Assembly (NCBI RefSeq): GCF_964204645.1
Contig: NC_134028.1
Coordinates: 19,963,245 to 20,027,244 of the forward strand
Direction of reading: 5' to 3'
Length of the DNA: 64,000 nucleotides
DNA from: Tubulanus polymorphus
Taxonomy: Eukaryota > Animalia > Nemertea
The translations under genes were made by a program, and so were the position numbers. Position 1 is the first letter of the stretch, and each line of letters starts with the position of its first letter. A model generated the notes under the pieces. That model did no database searches. It saw only the letters and a list, made by a program, of their open reading frames with translations, and was not told the origin of the DNA. Positions 1-12,650 of this stretch are shown piece after piece.

Positions 1-3000
1 GTTTAATATCTGAGTATGCCGAACTAAGCCATCAACTGTCCTCATGTGTTGTCAAAAGTTGAAGATTCTCAATGCCGTCCTGGTCCAAATACTTACGTAT
101 GTAATCATTGGCAGGATCCCTCGCAATTTAGAGAATGAAATTAAACTAAGTTAATATTAAACAGCTATACTTCGTGACGGAAATTCAGTTCTTTGTCTGG
201 CCAGCTAATTATTGATATAGATTTGGTGGAATTATCCTCAGGCTTCATTCAAAATCTCCCATTTACTTTTATTGGTTGGTCTAGTCAATTTTGGTATAGG
301 ATATCGACCCACTAACTCCCTTACCCGTAATGCTTCCCTTGAAAAAACCTTTCCCGTGCATTGGACACCGTCTGGAACAACTGGGAACTCGTTTCATCTG
401 CCCACCGGTTTCCGGGGCACTGCAAACTGCGAACCGTCAATGAAATCAATACATCACTACATTCATTTTATGCCGACTAGAATTATCTATTTGCATTTAT
501 AAACAAATGATTGACACAAATTTGAATCGTATAGAACAAGGAAACCCGAAACCTAGAACTGAATTAGAATTAGAACATAGATCTTCTAGTATGATAGAAT
601 GTTGCTCGAATTATCCATCATTTCCGTGGCATTTTCTAGTTTTCTAGTTTCTCATTTGTTTCAAGCCTGTTCTCGAAGATCTAAAATTATTTCTTAGATC
701 TTTCACATTGTTTCTTGCGAAATCATTAGTCAGCGAGCTGCCCTTTCTAGAATTGAAGACCCTCGGCGAAGAGTCACCTTGTCGACCTGGTAGGTGCTTG
801 ATATCGCGTTTGACGATAGACTTGCAATTCAATTTGCTCAGTGGTCCCGATATGGCCTTGCCGTAACACTCGAAAGGACGAGATGATGCCTGCCAATCAA
901 ACAAACACAATTGAAAATGCTTTTTCTTTGGTGAACCTTTCAAATACAACACTGATAATCACTATTATAAGAATACTAAGAGGTTATAAATAATTGCGAC
1001 TTTTTCCAGTCTTGAATTGCGTAAAAACCCACAATATAGATCCAAAACAACAGCTACTATTTTATTCTAACGTTTGGGGTGGGATACTTCAACCCATATT
1101 CAGAGATTTGTTTCAGATACCGAGAGTTATTTCTGTTAATTCGTCTTTCCATGAGGAATATCAACTGCACATAGGACCAATGAGGTTTGTAGACTTTAGG
1201 TTCATAAGTTAAGCTACGATGGATTATTGGATCATTATTGACGAAATGCTTCGACGATTAACAAACGGCGTTTCCTCACCATGGACATATATTTACCTTG
1301 CTACGTGTACTTTCATATATGGCATCGGTTGAAACCCAGAAAACCGCCACAAAAATCACCAAAAAACTTATCAATTTCATGTTGTTTCCAAAAACTGCAA
1401 TCAAATCATTGAAATAGAGACTGGTTCCCGGCTATGCCAGAACCAGAGACTGGTTCCCGACTTTGCCAGAACATGGATATTTTGCGTAAATGATCTTACC
1501 TGTATGATGTGTGTTGAGATTTAACGTGCTGTTGAAGCGACCGACGAATGTTTCATTTTGTCGATTAAATCTTGCGAGTTTTGTACATACATTGGGCTGA
1601 ATAATATTTAAACAGAAGTTGCTGAACGGCCTCGGAATTAGCACTTCACTGTACTATAGATTTGATTCCAACTATTTACAGGATCGATTCGATTATTTTT
1701 GCCATGTTTAATCTGTGTGATTTGTTTACAGTCGTTGCTGGAAATTTAAAGTACGATGGAGGTTGTACATTTTTCATCCACACAATGAAATAAAATCCTG
1801 TAAAAGACTTAATATGAACTGTAGATTCAAATATTAACCAAACTTCGCCCGGTTCCACAATTCCACAGAAGAGTCGACTTGACGAAAATGAATCCATTTT
1901 AACCCTTGAATCAAATTCAACCGAACTTTGTCCAGGACTGTGGAATTAGACCCTAGATAAGCAAGTCCAGAAGTGTTGAACTGGGTCCGAAGCTGCCGAA
2001 GTATGCCCAGCACACTTAGATCTTGATTCACAACTTTCTGAATAAGTATAGGTCCAGAAGTTTGGAACTGTGTCCACAATTCAAGAAGTAGGACCAGGAC
2101 TGTGTAACAAGGTCCACACACTGTAATGTAGGTCCAGAAGTTTTGAACTGGGTCCACAACTGTAGAATTAGATCCAGAAGTTTTGACTGGGTCCATAACT
2201 GTAGATGTAGATCCAGAAATTTTGAACTGGGTCCATAACTGTAGATATATGACCCGAACTGAGGAATTAGCTCTGCAACTATAGAATTAGGTCCACAATG
2301 TGGAACTGGTTCTTCAACTGTATAAGCAGGTCCAAAACTGTGGAACTGGATCCAAAACTGTAGGAGTAGGTCCAGAACTGGGACTGGATCCACAAGTGAA
2401 GTAGGCCCAGAACTGTGGAACTGGGTTCACAACTGTAAAGGTACGTCTACAACTGTGGAACTGGGACCACAACTATGGACGTAGGTCTCAGAACAGGGTA
2501 ACTAGGTCTACAATTGCAAGTTCCATGCAGAACTATGGAACTTGGTCAACAACTGCGGAAATGGACCCAGAACTATGGAGCGGTATACTGTGGAACTGGA
2601 TCTAGTTTTATGGAACTTGGTCAAGGAATGCGGAACTATGTGACTGCAGAATTGGGTCTCAACCTGAAAAAGTTTTGAATTAAAAAGCTATTCGATATTG
2701 TGCATTTTCTGTATTCGCAGTTAAATCGACGAGAACTTGCTCAATTTGGTGAAAAAACTAATTACGCCAATTGTTGAGACAACTGGTGTTGAGACAAAAT
2801 TATATTTCAATAACGCTGATATTTGAGTTCATACAGGTCACTTGTCCCTAACGCTAACGCAGTGTATATCCCATGAACAAACAAACGGCCATTCAGACTA
2901 AACGACACGTTGTATTGCAAGATCATATCGTTAATCTTTTCATTCTTTTCATTCGAACAAAATGTTTTCGTGGGGACGACACTTTTTTCGTTCTAACGAA

Positions 3001-3023
3001 ATATGTTTTAATAGGAGGCATTC
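1..3023 (+). repeat. Near-identical direct duplicate of 61140-64000 (copy 1)
   Basis: Position 1 (gtttaatatctgagtatgccg) matches 61140, and 3023 (ataggaggcattc) matches 64000. The copies differ by scattered substitutions and one ~165-bp indel (about 186-350, absent from copy 2). The ORF track repeats in both copies. Confidence 0.97.
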
Positions 3024-4085
3024 CGCCTGACCCCTTACTCCATGGAGGGGGTCAAACAGATTATAGAAGAGATCAGTGCCATTTGTCAGTAAAAGACCAA
3101 TTCCGTGACAACCTAATATCCATTTATCCTCCTAATATATGTTACTAACCCTTTATGTATAGAAAGTAGCAGAATAATTGTATGATTCTCATTTCGTCAT
3201 ATTTAATAAGTTGGTTATAACAGAATGTTACCTGAACCCAGCATCAACTACTAGTGGGTCGATTACGAATTTGGAATTATAGTATTAAGTTTAACACCCC
3301 AATCAGGAATACCCCTCGAAAATCACATGACCATAGCCCTTAACGTTCATACATGTATCATTCGAGTCAAAAATTGTAGCATTCCTCATTGTAAGAATAA
3401 AAATCCCCCCGCCTACTGGAGTAAGGGGGTTGGCAATCTCCATGAGTTGCCTGGGGGTTGTTATTCTGGGGCAATTTGAAGGTGAGGTGTTATTTTTGGG
3501 GCTCATTTTGCGAAGGGTTATTGTCTGAGGGGTAATTTTGCGAAGGCTTTTTAGAAGGCTTGGGGGTAAGAACACTTGAGTTGGGGCTAATATCGCTTTG
3601 AGCGTTATGTTAGGATTTGAATAAGATCTACTAATTCGCTAATCACACACATGATTATAACTAGTTACGAGCTTCCCGCTATCCGTGCAACGGTGGAGTG
3701 TCTGTGCCTTAATTAGGAGTGCGAGTAATGGGCAAGACACCCCAAACCTCTTCTACTGATCCTAACCCACAGTGTTTAGTTAGAAACACAGTGTTTAGTT
3801 TGTTACAATATTTTCCACCATGTCACACATTTTGGTTTCCACGAAAAAATTATTTAGTTTCTACGTCGCAAAACATTTCGATCGGACAAAAGTTAAAAAA
3901 AAACCACAACCAAACCCGACATAAACCGCAATCTTTAAAATCAACTTCATTTCACCTTGAAAAATTGCATTATACAATCGCCTTTCCGCATTTTTAAATA
4001 CAAATTTTGTGATTCAGAAAATATAGACTATTTTTACTGATCGAGCGCAATCAGGAACAAGGTCGAATTCTACACCAGCTATCGG
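360..4085 (+). repeat. Composite repeat unit, copy A (unclassified, carries a 20/40-bp minisatellite)
   Basis: Blocks 360-2770, 2790-3400 and 3900-4085 match the reverse complement of 8284-10322, 7240-7890 and 6720-6920 in collinear order. The copies are visibly diverged and the boundaries are approximate. Confidence 0.8.
1930..2660 (+). repeat. Minisatellite, 20-bp monomer arranged as a 40-bp dimer
   Basis: Consensus is approximately ggtccagaactgtggaactg-ggtccacaactgtagaagta. Related arrays occur at ~4700-5190, ~8310-8630 and ~8885-8970 (reverse strand), and at ~62910-63640. Confidence 0.9.
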
Positions 4086-4229
4086 GGTCATAGTATAATC
4101 GAAAACATGTGTAATAAGTGCGGCCTTGCAATACAATAAGTTTGAATGGTCGTGTGTTTGATGATACTCTGTCTGTTCGGGTTACGGACAAGTTATTATT
4201 ATTTTTTTTCATTTTTATTATTCTTTATT

Positions 4230-6560
4230 TTGTGAACTGTGTAAATTCAAATTTCAGCGTCAGAAGATTATTTCGTCTTAACACCGTCCGCGGCGTAGTC
4301 AGACGGTACCCCTAGACTGTCATACAGTTAAAAATTCTTTACATTTTCTCAAGTTAAAAATTTTTATCATGCAGATTCTTTCGGGCAAATCAAAATGTCG
4401 CAGAAACTTTTACACACGACTTGGATGATTCCTATGGAGGGTATCTGATCAAAGCCATCATCTACGAATTATCAATAGTCGGTTTGAATAGAACCTAACT
4501 CGTGATCAATACAATCAATGATTTTATTGATATTTACGACTGTTAAAACGTTTGGCGTAATTAGTTTTTTCGCCGATTTTCCCCAAATTGAATTGAACAA
4601 GATCGCGTAAATTTCAACTGCATATACAGAATACACACGATATAGAATAGATTCTTATGTCAAAACTTCGAACTTTTCCAAGAGAGCCAATCCCACAGTT
4701 TTTCACAGTTTTCAGTTCGATACTGCTGGGCCAAGTTCCATAAAACTAGATCCATTTCCTCAGTTTTGGATCCATTTCCACAGTTTTGGACCAAGTTCTG
4801 AAAACTTTCTTAGTACAGTTGTCCCGGTTCCACAGTCTTGGTGTAGACCTAATTTTTGGAACGAGTTCCACAGGAATGCACCTTCCTTACTTGTCGACCT
4901 AGTTCCGTACTGGGCCCATTCTACGGTTTTGGATCCAGTTCCACAGTTTTGGACATGTTTCTACAGTTGTAGAGCAAGTTCCACAATTCTGGACCTACTT
5001 TCTTCAGTTGTCGACGCAGTTCCATTGTTCTGTACCTACTTTTACAGTTGTGTACCAAGTTCCACACTTCATGACCTACTTCTACAGTTGTTGATCCAGA
5101 TACACCGTGTTTTGGACCTATATTTTATTCTACAGTTTTTCACACTTCAGGACTTGCTTACTTAGGAACCAGTTCCACAGCCCTGAACAAAGTTCTTAAG
5201 TTTGGTTTTACTTGAGTCAAGAGTTGAAATGAGTTCATTTTCAATTACTAGATTTACTGTGGAATTGTGGAACTGTGGAACCGGATGCAATTTGGTTAAT
5301 ATTTGAATATACAGTTCATAAACAAGCCTTTTACAAGATTTTATTCATGTGAGGATGAAAAATGTAAAACCTCCATCGTCCTTCAAATTCCCAGCAATAT
5401 ACAGTAGAAAAACAGGGGCAGACAGATTAAACAAAGCAAAAATAATCGAATCTATCCTGTAAATAGTTGGAATTGAATCTACTCAGTGGGATATATAATG
5501 TGAAATCGTTCAGCAACTTCTGATCAAATATTATTCATCCCAAAATATGTATAAAACTGGCAGAATTCAATCGACAAAATGAGACATTCGTCAGTCACTT
5601 CAACAGCACGTTAAATCTCAACACACATCATACAGGTAATATCTGTAGTTCTGAAACAGCCGGGGACCAGTCTCCAGTTCTGACACTGCCGGACACCAGT
5701 CTCTATTTCTATGATCTGATTGCAGTTTTCCAGAGACAACATGAAATTGATCAGTTTTTTGTTAGTTTTTCTGGCGGTTTTCTGGGTTTCAACCGATGCC
5801 ATTGATGAAAGTACATGTAGCGAGGAAAATAAATATCTGCCTATAAAGAGGAAACGCTTTATCGTCAAAGCGTTTCTTCAATCGTATGTCATATGAAGAG
5901 TTAATCCATCGCAGCTACATTCATGAACCTAAAGTCTGCAAACATCCTTGGTCCAACGTGCAGTTGATATTCCTCATGGAAAGTCGAATTAACGGAAATA
6001 CCTCTCAGTATCTGAAACAAATCTCTGAAGATGGGTTTAAGTATTCAACCCGAAACGTTAGAATCAAATAATAACTGTTGTTTAAGATCTATATTGTTAC
6101 GCATCTATATTTTACGCAATTATATTCAAGACTGGAAATAGTGCCAATTATTTATAACATGTTAGTATTCTTATAATCATGATTTACACTGTTGTAACTT
6201 TATCGATTTCGCAAGAAACAATGTGAAAGATCAAAGAAAAAATTTGAAATCTTTGATAACAGCCTTGAAACAACTGGGAAACTAGAAAACCAGAAAATGC
6301 CATGGAAATGATGGATAATTCGAGCAACATTCTATCATACTAGAAAATTTATGTTCTAATTCTATAGGTTTCGCGTTTCCTTGTTCTATACGATTACAAT
6401 TTGTGTCAATGTTTGAAAATGCGAAAAAATAATTCTTAATCGGCATTAGAAATGAATGTAGTGATGTATTGATTTCATTGACGGTTCGCAGTTTACAGTT
6501 CCCCCAGAAACCGGTGGGCAGATGATAAGTACCCGCGAACCTGTTAGCAGGTGATGTTTT
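4230..6560 (-). repeat. Composite repeat unit, copy B (inverted relative to copy A)
   Basis: Reverse complement of ~390-2850. For example, gtagtgatgtattgatttcattgacggttcgcagttt at ~6458-6495 matches 425-460. Block 4275-4500 is shared directly with 7886-8105. Confidence 0.8.
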
Positions 6561-7099
6561 AACACTGGTATTTTAGTTTACACAGTTCACGTGTCCCCTA
6601 ACGCTTACACGGTATATACGGTATATATCCCGTGATCAAACACACGATCATTTAGACAAACGTCATATTCTGTTGCAAGTCATAACAACTGATTACACAT
6701 TGTATTACACAATTATTCGATTGAGAGCTAGTGTAGAATTCAATCTTGCGCCTGATCGAATTCGATCTGCAATATAGTCTAGATTTTCTGAATAACAATA
6801 TTGCTGTAAAAGAATCTGCGCAAATGCAGGAACTGTTGAAATGCGATTGTATAATGCAGTTTTTCAAGGTGAAATGAAGGTGATTTTAAAGATTGCGGTT
6901 TATTTCGGGTTTGGTTGTAATATCAACAGTATGCTCTGCCTTGCCCCCGGAGGTGACACGATGAAAAAATATCCTTATTTGATAGAACGATGACCACACT
7001 CAAACGTGTTGAACGGATAATAATATAAAATCCCACTATTTACTGATTAAAAGAATTTAAAAACCAGAATTTATTTATTAAATCTAAAATATTTAAAAG

Positions 7100-7141
7100 A
7101 CACGACGTTTCGATCTCACCCTAGAGATCATCGTCAGGTGT
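7100..7141 (-). ncRNA. Minimal type I hammerhead ribozyme (inverted twin)
   Basis: Exact reverse complement of 7152-7193. Confidence 0.8.
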
Positions 7142-7151
7142 GATCATCGTC

Positions 7152-7193
7152 ACACCTGACGATGATCTCTAGGGTGAGATCGAAACGTCGTGT
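7152..7193 (+). ncRNA. Minimal type I hammerhead ribozyme
   Basis: ACAC-CUGACGA-u-GAUCUC-uagggu-GAGAUC-GAA-ACGU-C-GUGU: intact catalytic core, 6-bp stem II, 4-bp stem I (ACAC/GUGU) and palindromic ACGU stem III. The GUC cleavage triplet ends at 7189. Confidence 0.8.
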
Positions 7194-10100
7194 CTTTTGA
7201 ATATTTTAATGGGATTTTATATTATTATCCTTATTTATTCTTACAAGAAGGAATTCTCGACCGGAGTTTTCGACCGGAATGTCATATACATGACATGAAC
7301 GTAAAGGGCGGTGCTCACGTGATTTTAAAGGGGGGTACTTCATTGGGGTGTTAGATTATAATTCCAAATGCGTGATCGATCCACAAGTAGTTAATCTTAT
7401 GCTCGATTCAGGTAACATTCCATTATAATCAACGTAATCATTGAAACAAAATGAGAATCATACAATATGTCGGCTACTTTCTATACATAAAGGGTTAGTA
7501 ACATATATTAGGAGGATTTAATGGATATTAGGTAGTCACGGAATCGGTCTTTGACTGACAAATGGCGCTGATCTCCTTGATAATCTGTATAACCACCTCG
7601 TCCATAGATTAAGGGGTTAGGGGAAATTGGCTACCATCAAAAAACAAGCATTTCGCTCGAACGAAAAACGTGTCGTTCCCACGAGGAACTTTTCGTAAGA
7701 ACGAAAAAAATGCCGTTCCCACGAAAACATTTCGTTCGAATGAAAAAGATTAACGAAATAATCTTGTAACACAATATGACGTTTGTCTAAATGATCGCTT
7801 GTTTGCTCGTGGGATATATACCGTGCTAGCGTTAGGGACAAGTGAACTGTGTGAACTCAAATATCAGCGTTTAAACATAATTTTGTCTCAACACCGTCCG
7901 GGGCTTAGTCAGACGGTACCCCTAGACTGCCTCAGTCCCTCCCGTTTTTGCAATTTTTAATCATGCAGATTTTCGGCAAATTCAAAATGTGGCAGAAACT
8001 TCTAGACATGACTTGTATTGTTTCCAATAGAGAGGGGATTTGATTAAACCTATCATTGTCATCTAATTGATACGAATAATTAATGGTGGATTTGAATATA
8101 ACCTAGGTACAATATATATAACTGAGGTACATACAAAGTTGCTATCCCACCAGATGGCCTGACGAGCAGTAGGTTTCCGCTGTCAAAATAAGTTCATTTT
8201 CAATCTTTGAACTGAATTTTAGACTCCCTAATCCATATGTTATCACAGCGCCCATCAAATATGTAAAACTTTCATTCTTCAAATTGAAAGACTTCTCGTC
8301 GATTTATTTCTACAGTTGTGGATCCAGTTACACGATTCTGGACCTGCTTCTACAGTTTTCGATCCAGTTATACAGTGCTGGACCTATTCGACAGTTGTGG
8401 ACCCAATTCCACACTTCTAGACCCACTTCTATATGTGGACCCAGTTCCACACTTCTGGACATACTTCTACAGTCCACAGTAATCTGGACCTTCTTCGACA
8501 TGATTACCCAGTTCCACACTGTCTTCTAAACCTACTTCTGCAGTTGTGGGCCCAGTTTCACAGTTGTGGACCTACTTCATAGTTGTGGACCCAGGTCCAC
8601 ATTTCTAGGCCTACTTCGACAGTGTTGTGGATCTGGTATGGTTGCTAATGTTAACCAGTGTTGCGGTTGTGTCATTTCTCCAGTATCGGGTTTCTGTTAA
8701 AATCTTCTTACTGTTATTGTTACGTGTGACGCAAGCATAAACGCAGGTTGTCTGATAATAGCGACACTGGCCATGAACTCCAGTTTCCGTACATTACTTG
8801 TTGCTATAGTTTAACCACTGAAATAACTGAAGCTCAATAATATTCCTGAAAGCCCATAAATATAATTCATGAAAGCCGCATAATAGATCCAGTTCTGGAC
8901 CTACTTCTACAGTTTTTGACCAAGTTCCACACTTCTAGACTTGTTTCTAGGATCCATTTACACTGTGCTGGACAAAGTACCTAAGTTCAGTTGAATTTGA
9001 CTCAAGAGTTAAAATGAGTTTATCTTTTATGGGTTTAGTTAAAATGAGTTTATTATCAATAAGTTTGACTCTTTTGTGGAATTGTGGATTGAAAATGTAA
9101 AACCTCCATCGTCCTTCAAATTTCCAGCAATATACAGTAGAAAAACAGATGCAGACAGATTAAACAAAGCAGAAATAATCGAATCTCGATCCTGTAAATA
9201 GTTGGTATTAGATCTACTGAGTGGGATGTTTAATGTGAAGCCGTTCAGCAACTTCTGATCAAATATTATTCAGCCCAAAATATGTATAAAACTCGCATGA
9301 TTCAATCGACAACTGAAACATTCGTCAGTCGCTTTGATATCACGTTAAATCTCAACACACATTAAACAGGTAAGATCACTCATGATATCTGTAGTTCTGA
9401 AACAGCCGGGGACCAGTCTCCAGTTCTGACACTGCCGGAAACCAGTCTCTATTTCTATGATCTGATTACAGTTTTCCGGAGACAACATGAAATTGATCAG
9501 TTTTTTGGTGGTTTTTCTGGCGGTTTTCTGGGTTTCAACCGATGCCATTGATGAAAGCACTTGTCGCAAGGTAAATATCTGTCTATAAAGAGAAAACGCC
9601 GTATAGTCAAAAAGCGTTTTTTCAATCCTATCACGTGTGTTAATCCATCGCAGCTACACTCACTATAACCTCTTAATATTCTTATAATCTCAGTATTGTA
9701 TTTAAAGGGCTTTCCGGGAAATAGCAGTTTCAATTATGTGTTTGGTTTCATCGACAGGTATCATCTCTTGCTGTCGAACATTACGGCAAGGCCATATCGG
9801 GACCACTGAGCAAATTAGATTGCGAAACTATCGTCAACAGCAAGATCTTGGACGATCTAAAGTTAAAAGGTTCACAACTACCTAGCGTTTTGGCGAAAGT
9901 ATTTCAGTCAAAACAAGGCAAATCGCTGATTATCGATTACGTAAGAAAAAATGCCAAAGATCTAAGAAACAATTTGAAATCTCTGAAAAATGCATTGAAA
10001 AAAAATAAAGAAAACTAGAAAAAGTATTTAGAAATGATGGATAATTTGACCGGCATCGCATTATACTAGAAGATGTATGTTCTAATTCTGTAGGTTTCGC

Positions 10101-10400
10101 GTTTCCTTGTTCTATACGATTCAAATTTGTATCAGTGCTTGAAAATACAAATAAATAATTCTTTTGGCATTAGAAATGAATTTAGTGATGTATTGATTTC
10201 ATTGACGATTCGCAGTTTACAGTTCTCCAGAAAGGGGTGTGCGGATATTACTTACAAGTACCCGGGAACCTCTTAGCAGGTGATACTTACGAGCTTCCAG
10301 TTGTTTCAGACGGTGTCCAATACATAGGACAAGTTTATATTGCCGTAACGCCACCTAGCATGTAATAAGAAGAGTTTTTCGTCCCAGCAGCTAGTACCAC

Positions 10401-10742
10401 TGTAACCCTTGTAAAACTTTAAGATTCCTGAATCCTCCAAACAACCAAGATCAATCCGCAAAGAGACACGTTAGTTTACGAGTATGATGATGATTCCAGT
10501 TTATTGACGATAGTGAAAGTGTCGAATCGAGAGTCAGATCGAGAGTGACCCCGAAAACATATTACAAATCCATTTTATACATTTCAATGAAAGTATAAAC
10601 AAATACTGTGTAGTCATGGAGTTGGTCAACGACTGCCTGATCATGCTAATCGCGCATAATCTGTTTGACCATCTCCATGACTATAATACTAAGACTATAA
10701 GAAGCTTAACAAATATATAGTAAATACGGCTTATGCCTAACA
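10401..10742 (-). repeat. 3' LTR (complete, TG...CA)
   Basis: Follows the PPT (10743-10759). It contains a minus-strand TATA-like gtataaaat, an AATAAA, and an internal hairpin (agtcatggagttggtcaa / ttgaccatctccatgact). Confidence 0.9.
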
Positions 10743-11339
10743 TAGCCCTCCCCTTTCTTAAAAGTTCGACTCGAACTTACAAATAAAAAAATTACATTAA
10801 AATGAAAGCATTATACAAGTTTTATAGTTGAGAAAAGGGGGGTTAAAAAAAGAATTTTAAATACAAAAAAAAAACAATTTACATAAACAAAAAAAAAGGT
10901 AATAATATAAAATACATATGTAGATAAAGATAACGAATATGCCAAATATAAAAGAAACTGAGTACCCAAAGACGGATGAAGTAAATTAACGAAATAAGTA
11001 AATTACAATTATCATAGATTATCAACAAATAGAATAATGCATAAATAAAATATAACGCAGTATAACTGATACCAAATGCCTTTCAACGATTCCTATACTC
11101 TCGCCGTTCACGTCCATAACCTCTACATCCACTTACGGCTGGTGATCGATACTAGATTGAATATCCTTTATTAAATTAAAACTGAATTTTACCAATCATA
11201 CACTATTAAAGTTACAATAACCGATTACGAGGAAACAAAAAAATTATTAATGATACACAATAAGAAGAAAAATATGAAAATACAAAACGTATAATATGTA
11301 AGTTGAATATGGCGTGATTAAAAATAACTGAAACCGCGG

Positions 11340-12330
11340 TCACACCACTTGTATATCTCGTGTATTAATGTCGCGTATGTCTAATTGAACGTCCATTTTT
11401 GGTGTGGCCGTCAAGGACCGAAACGATAGCGCTTGTATCCAGGAAACGGGTATTTGTCGTGGGAGCTCCATTTCTAGATCCGATTCCACGTGAACGACGC
11501 GTAGACTTCCCCAGTTACAATCGATCTTCGGACGTGGGCAATAGACGACATTACTTATTTCGATTGGCGCAGTTTCTCCGACTAACTTATAACTATGGAC
11601 ACAACCAGGCAAGGTTTGTAATTTCACATGCACTTGTTGGTCCATATTTGATGCTCGTAAGACTATCTCGGTACCATGCGCGAATAATTTGATTTTGCAA
11701 AGCCTTTTTACCGTCACGACACATTTTGCTATGTCGCAGGCAACAGTTCTTATTACGAATAAAAATAATACAATTGAAAATGCAAGGATGAAATGATCGG
11801 TCTTAATTATCTCTATTAACAGATCGTGAGTAGATTTGTCCGAGCTGGGCGTTGTTGTGTAATTCAACTGTCTCATTCTACTGTCATACGTGGATCTAAT
11901 TAAAAACGCGTTGGCAATTGGAAGGTGGGCAGATACCATTAACCCAGACAATATACTAGGAAATTTCCAGAGAATGAAACCATTAAATATAATCGACACA
12001 ACGCTTAAACTGTATGAAAACACTCAGCAAGTTTATTTTTCTCCAGATCTTTTGCTGTTCACTATAGATGGAATCCAGGTAGGAGTGGAATTTGATGGCT
12101 TGTGCGTTTAATTGTAGAATTAAACCGTGATTATTAGAAATGGCGTGGAAAGCATTGAAAATACGCTTATCAGTGGTGTTCATGAATGACGAGAGCGAAT
12201 GACCCTGTCTTAGGACCTGATTCGTTATCGCCTTTACATTTCCTTCTATGCTACTGATATGGCTATTGATAACATCGATATCATGCTGATCAGCGACGCC
12301 GAACAGATCCTTTGCAATACCACCGATAAA
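11340..12330 (-). pseudogene. env-like gene remnant (baculovirus F / errantivirus-type fusion protein)
   Basis: From 12330 downward the frame reads FIGGIAKDLFGVADQHDIDVINSHISSIEGNVKAITNQV..., a fusion-peptide motif GxxxKxLFGxxDxxD followed by a heptad region. After a frame break near 11990, hydrophobic TM-like segments and a ~140-aa tail follow (ORF 11340-12023). The signal peptide and furin site are missing. Confidence 0.78.
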
Positions 12331-12380
12331 GTGGTTTAAATAAAATGAAAAACAACGGAACAGTATATCGAAACAAAGAG

Positions 12381-12650
12381 CTAATGAATATATCGAGCCC
12401 GCGGATTGTGAGTAGCATTAAATTGCCTGATGAGGTTGGGGTCATCGATGTTTTCTTCTGGTTCCCAACTATCTTCTGACGGAGGAAAGCCCAGCCAGCG
12501 AATCAGATAGTATGTTTTCTTGGCGTAACTCCTTTTTGCTAGTATTTTCTCCACGAGAAACTGATCTGGTTCCAGTGTTGCAGGTTTAGGATGATCTTTT
12601 ATCAGTCTTGACTCAGGCCCTAAAAATTTCTTTAATTTACTGGCCTGAAT
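12381..12650 (-). pseudogene. Integrase C-terminal tail with chromodomain (pol remnant)
   Basis: IQASKLKKF resembles the integrase-tail motif VHxSxLKxF. FLVEKILAKRSYAKKTYYLIRWLGFPPSEDSWEPEENI is a canonical chromodomain that retains the aromatic cage residues. Confidence 0.9.

Larger units (their letters stand above)
7015..7230. mobile_element. Penelope-like element terminal-repeat palindrome (tail-to-tail pLTR remnant)
   Basis: Near-perfect inverted repeat of ~57 bp (7087-7143 and 7150-7207) around a 6-nt loop. Outer arms are ggataataatataaaatccca (7015) and tgggattttatattattatcc (7210-7230). Each inner arm carries a hammerhead core, an arrangement typical of Penelope-like element termini. 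Confidence 0.65.
6720..10322 (-). repeat. Composite repeat unit, copy C (inverted relative to copy A, tandem with copy B)
   Basis: Reverse complement of ~360-4085, ending at cagttgtttcagacggtgtccaat (10298-10321). It shares the MASVETQKT... reading frame with copies A and B. Confidence 0.8.

Noticed and set aside
1834-2393. ORFs over the 20/40-bp minisatellite (also at 4929, 8284, 62811 and 63005)
   Set aside because: They are translations of tandem repeat, and the frames are not conserved between diverged copies.
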